Part shown: positions 61,989 to 64,000 of the stretch, in pieces
How the letters are laid out: every line of letters starts with the position of its first letter
Numbering within the stretch: position 1 is the stretch's first letter
NCBI GenBank assembly: GCA_012270795.1
Contig: JAAXHO010000056.1
Span: 18,486-82,485, forward strand
From: Candidatus Poribacteria bacterium
Lineage (GTDB): Bacteria; Poribacteria; WGA-4E; WGA-3G
DNA length: 64,000 nucleotides
Direction of reading: 5' to 3'
The notes under the pieces: generated by a model
The model's input: only the letters and a program-made list of their open reading frames with translations
What the model was told of the DNA's origin: nothing
Database searches by the model: none
Program-made: the position numbers and the translations under genes

Positions 61989-62166
61989 CAGGGTGTGTAA
62001 AGTTTTTGCTTATGTCTGAACCAGGATTTGCAGGATTATCAGATTTTCAGGATGATGAGTTTGAGGTATAGCGCACCATTCATAAGTTGGCATAAGTCTG
62101 TGTCATAAAAACTATTGATGAGGTAATCTTGGTAATCTGATAATCCTGCAAATCCTGGTTCAGACA
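61989..62166. mobile_element. Family B MITE
   Basis: CAGGGTGTGTAAAGTTTTTGC...TGTCTGAACCAGG...CCTGGTTCAGACA. Confidence 0.75.
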
Positions 62167-62340
62167 AAGGGAATATCAAATAAAATAATCCAATCCGATT
62201 CATATAACAAACTTTTAATTAACCTGAAAAATTCAAATTCTTAAAACTATGGTATAAGATGGAACTCACAAAAAGAAAAAGGCAGATACCCAAAACGGAT
62301 ACCTACCTACTTGGTAAATATAGATTATAGCCTAACTTTG

Positions 62341-64000
62341 TCAGGATACATAAATATAGTAACTATATTCATAACATGGCTGACCCGATGCACTGGAATG
62401 CGGATAAATGTATGCTGTGATCTTATACACACCCCCTCTGGCACCAGAAGGAATCGTAAAACTAAACGTCACCTCTGTCCCAATAGTAGAACCTTGCGCG
62501 TAAGTTGTCGGAAACAACTCGTCACCGTAATGTCGACTATCCCAGGCGGCAATAAATACCAATGCACTATCGCATATCCACCTGATTTCGTAATCAACTT
62601 GGCAGTATGTGAGTCACCCGGTGCTAATGAAGGCATCTGTTGACCGTTCACAGTCGCTAAAGACGCACCCACAGGATATAAACCTGGCGCGGTAGGCGTT
62701 GATGTACTCGTGGATGTCGTATCCGTGCTAGTACTATCACTTGTAGAAGTGGATGTATCAGTTGTATCGCATGCAGAACACTCGCTCGTACTCGTACATG
62801 AGGCGCAATCGTGTGAACCATCGGTAGATGTTGACTCGCCGCCATCATTCGAACAAGTTGAGCACTCGCTTGTACACGTATCGCAATCGGGTGTGTTATT
62901 AGCAGGTTCGGATATCCTATCTTCACCAACGTAGGGATCAGACTTATTAGAGTGATGAGTCCCCGTAAAATCCGAATCAGTTTCATTATGATCAAATAAA
63001 GCAAGTAAACACGGCTTAAAGGCAGCACCACAGACACGACTACCTCCGCCAAACTCCAAGATGATTTTTTTACAAGTGTACACTTTATGTTCTTTCTCTT
63101 CCTCAGAGTGATTTGAAGCACAACTATACCAAGTTTCACTACAGACATTTGTAAAAGTATCTGTGTTATAATCAGCACACGTCACAAGATGGGTTGAATA
63201 CGCTTCATAGGCAGTTCGATGCATATCAGTACATGCAACACTACCTTTACACTTTTGATCATATGCAAGTGGAGTTATACTTACTTCGTTCCAATGTAAA
63301 TGCGGATCCATTAGATGGTTAGTAGTGCCAAGTCTATCGCCATATCTATCTGTTATCAAATGATAATATCCTGAAGTTTTCTGACTTACCCCTTCCTGAT
63401 ATTCACCAAACACCCTACTGCCATCAGAACCAATAGTAACTGATACACCATTGATGGATGAATAAAGTTGTTCAACGGATAAGGAACTGCTATTTGCATC
63501 AATATATAGTCCACCATCGTGATCTACTTCCATCTGTAAATACTGAAAATAAAAGTCAAGATACTCGTCATGTTGAGATTTTTGATAGGCAACCGCAGCG
63601 TCATAACCTGCTAATACCGTCTCAAACGCCTTGATATATGACACTCTATTTAGTATCCGATTACCCGTTTCGCTTGATCCTTTATATGTCTGATAAGCAT
63701 TTAAAAAAGTAGGACCATACGAAGCAAGAGTAGCAAGCGCACTGGTTCCACCTGTAGGAATAGCTGCAATCGCTCCCAAAAATGTATTTAAAGCAGCATT
63801 TATTCTGGCACTGTTCCCTGCTTTAATTGCGCCCTCATTATCTGCCCAACTTTTATTGAGATCAGTTATAACTATTTTTGACTCTAAAATCTTAGTTTGC
63901 CTCGGACCTAACTTTTTTTCTATAATTTCGTATTTATGCACAATAAGATTATACTTGTTGGCTCGTTCTGTTCCCGCGGGTTGATTTGGATGTGAATCTA
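62341..64000 (-). CDS. Large Cys/His- and Thr/Ser-rich protein, 5' end outside the window, 1-nt frameshift near 62542
   Basis: Frame is open to the window edge; CxxC clusters; one more G joins LLPPG to DSRHYGDELF...YIYVS*. Confidence 0.7.

Noticed and set aside
15350-62166. CRISPR array
   Set aside because: Repeats are dispersed inverted elements, not direct repeats with regular unique spacers, and there are no cas genes.
62657-63178. 173 aa alternate-frame ORF
   Set aside because: Same-strand shadow of the Cys/Thr-rich low-complexity region.

Overview
About 42% GC bacterial chromosome segment, most likely from Candidatus Poribacteria (inferred from the C-terminal VEPxGKxTTxW motif, WD40 arrays, membrane-fused ECF sigma factor, Rpn/Uma2/PhyH genes and repeat families). 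Housekeeping and metabolic blocks: rpe-like epimerase with two Zn-dehydrogenases and apt, tRNA-Arg(CCT), secD-secF, moxR, GHMP kinase, sulfatase, sppA-pcm-porV-like. Between them are many nested MITE/REP repeats, a six-gene secreted WD40 array and an AT-rich accessory island. Highlights: (1) two separately called ORFs (19383-19568 and 18252-19148) are one thioredoxin-TPR gene with an in-frame TGA in a U-x-x-C motif followed by a SECIS-like hairpin, i.e. a probable unannotated selenoprotein; (2) a three-gene candidate defence operon: ART-fold-like protein, DUF6575-like protein and a methyltransferase-nuclease fusion whose specificity region is compositionally foreign; (3) MITE shells with 3-, 10- and about 20-bp target duplications that carry GTAG-type REP hairpins, one family sharing its end with an IS630-like remnant. 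Several genes are split by single missing bases in short homopolymers, which may be long-read consensus errors. All family assignments come from motif recognition, not database searches.
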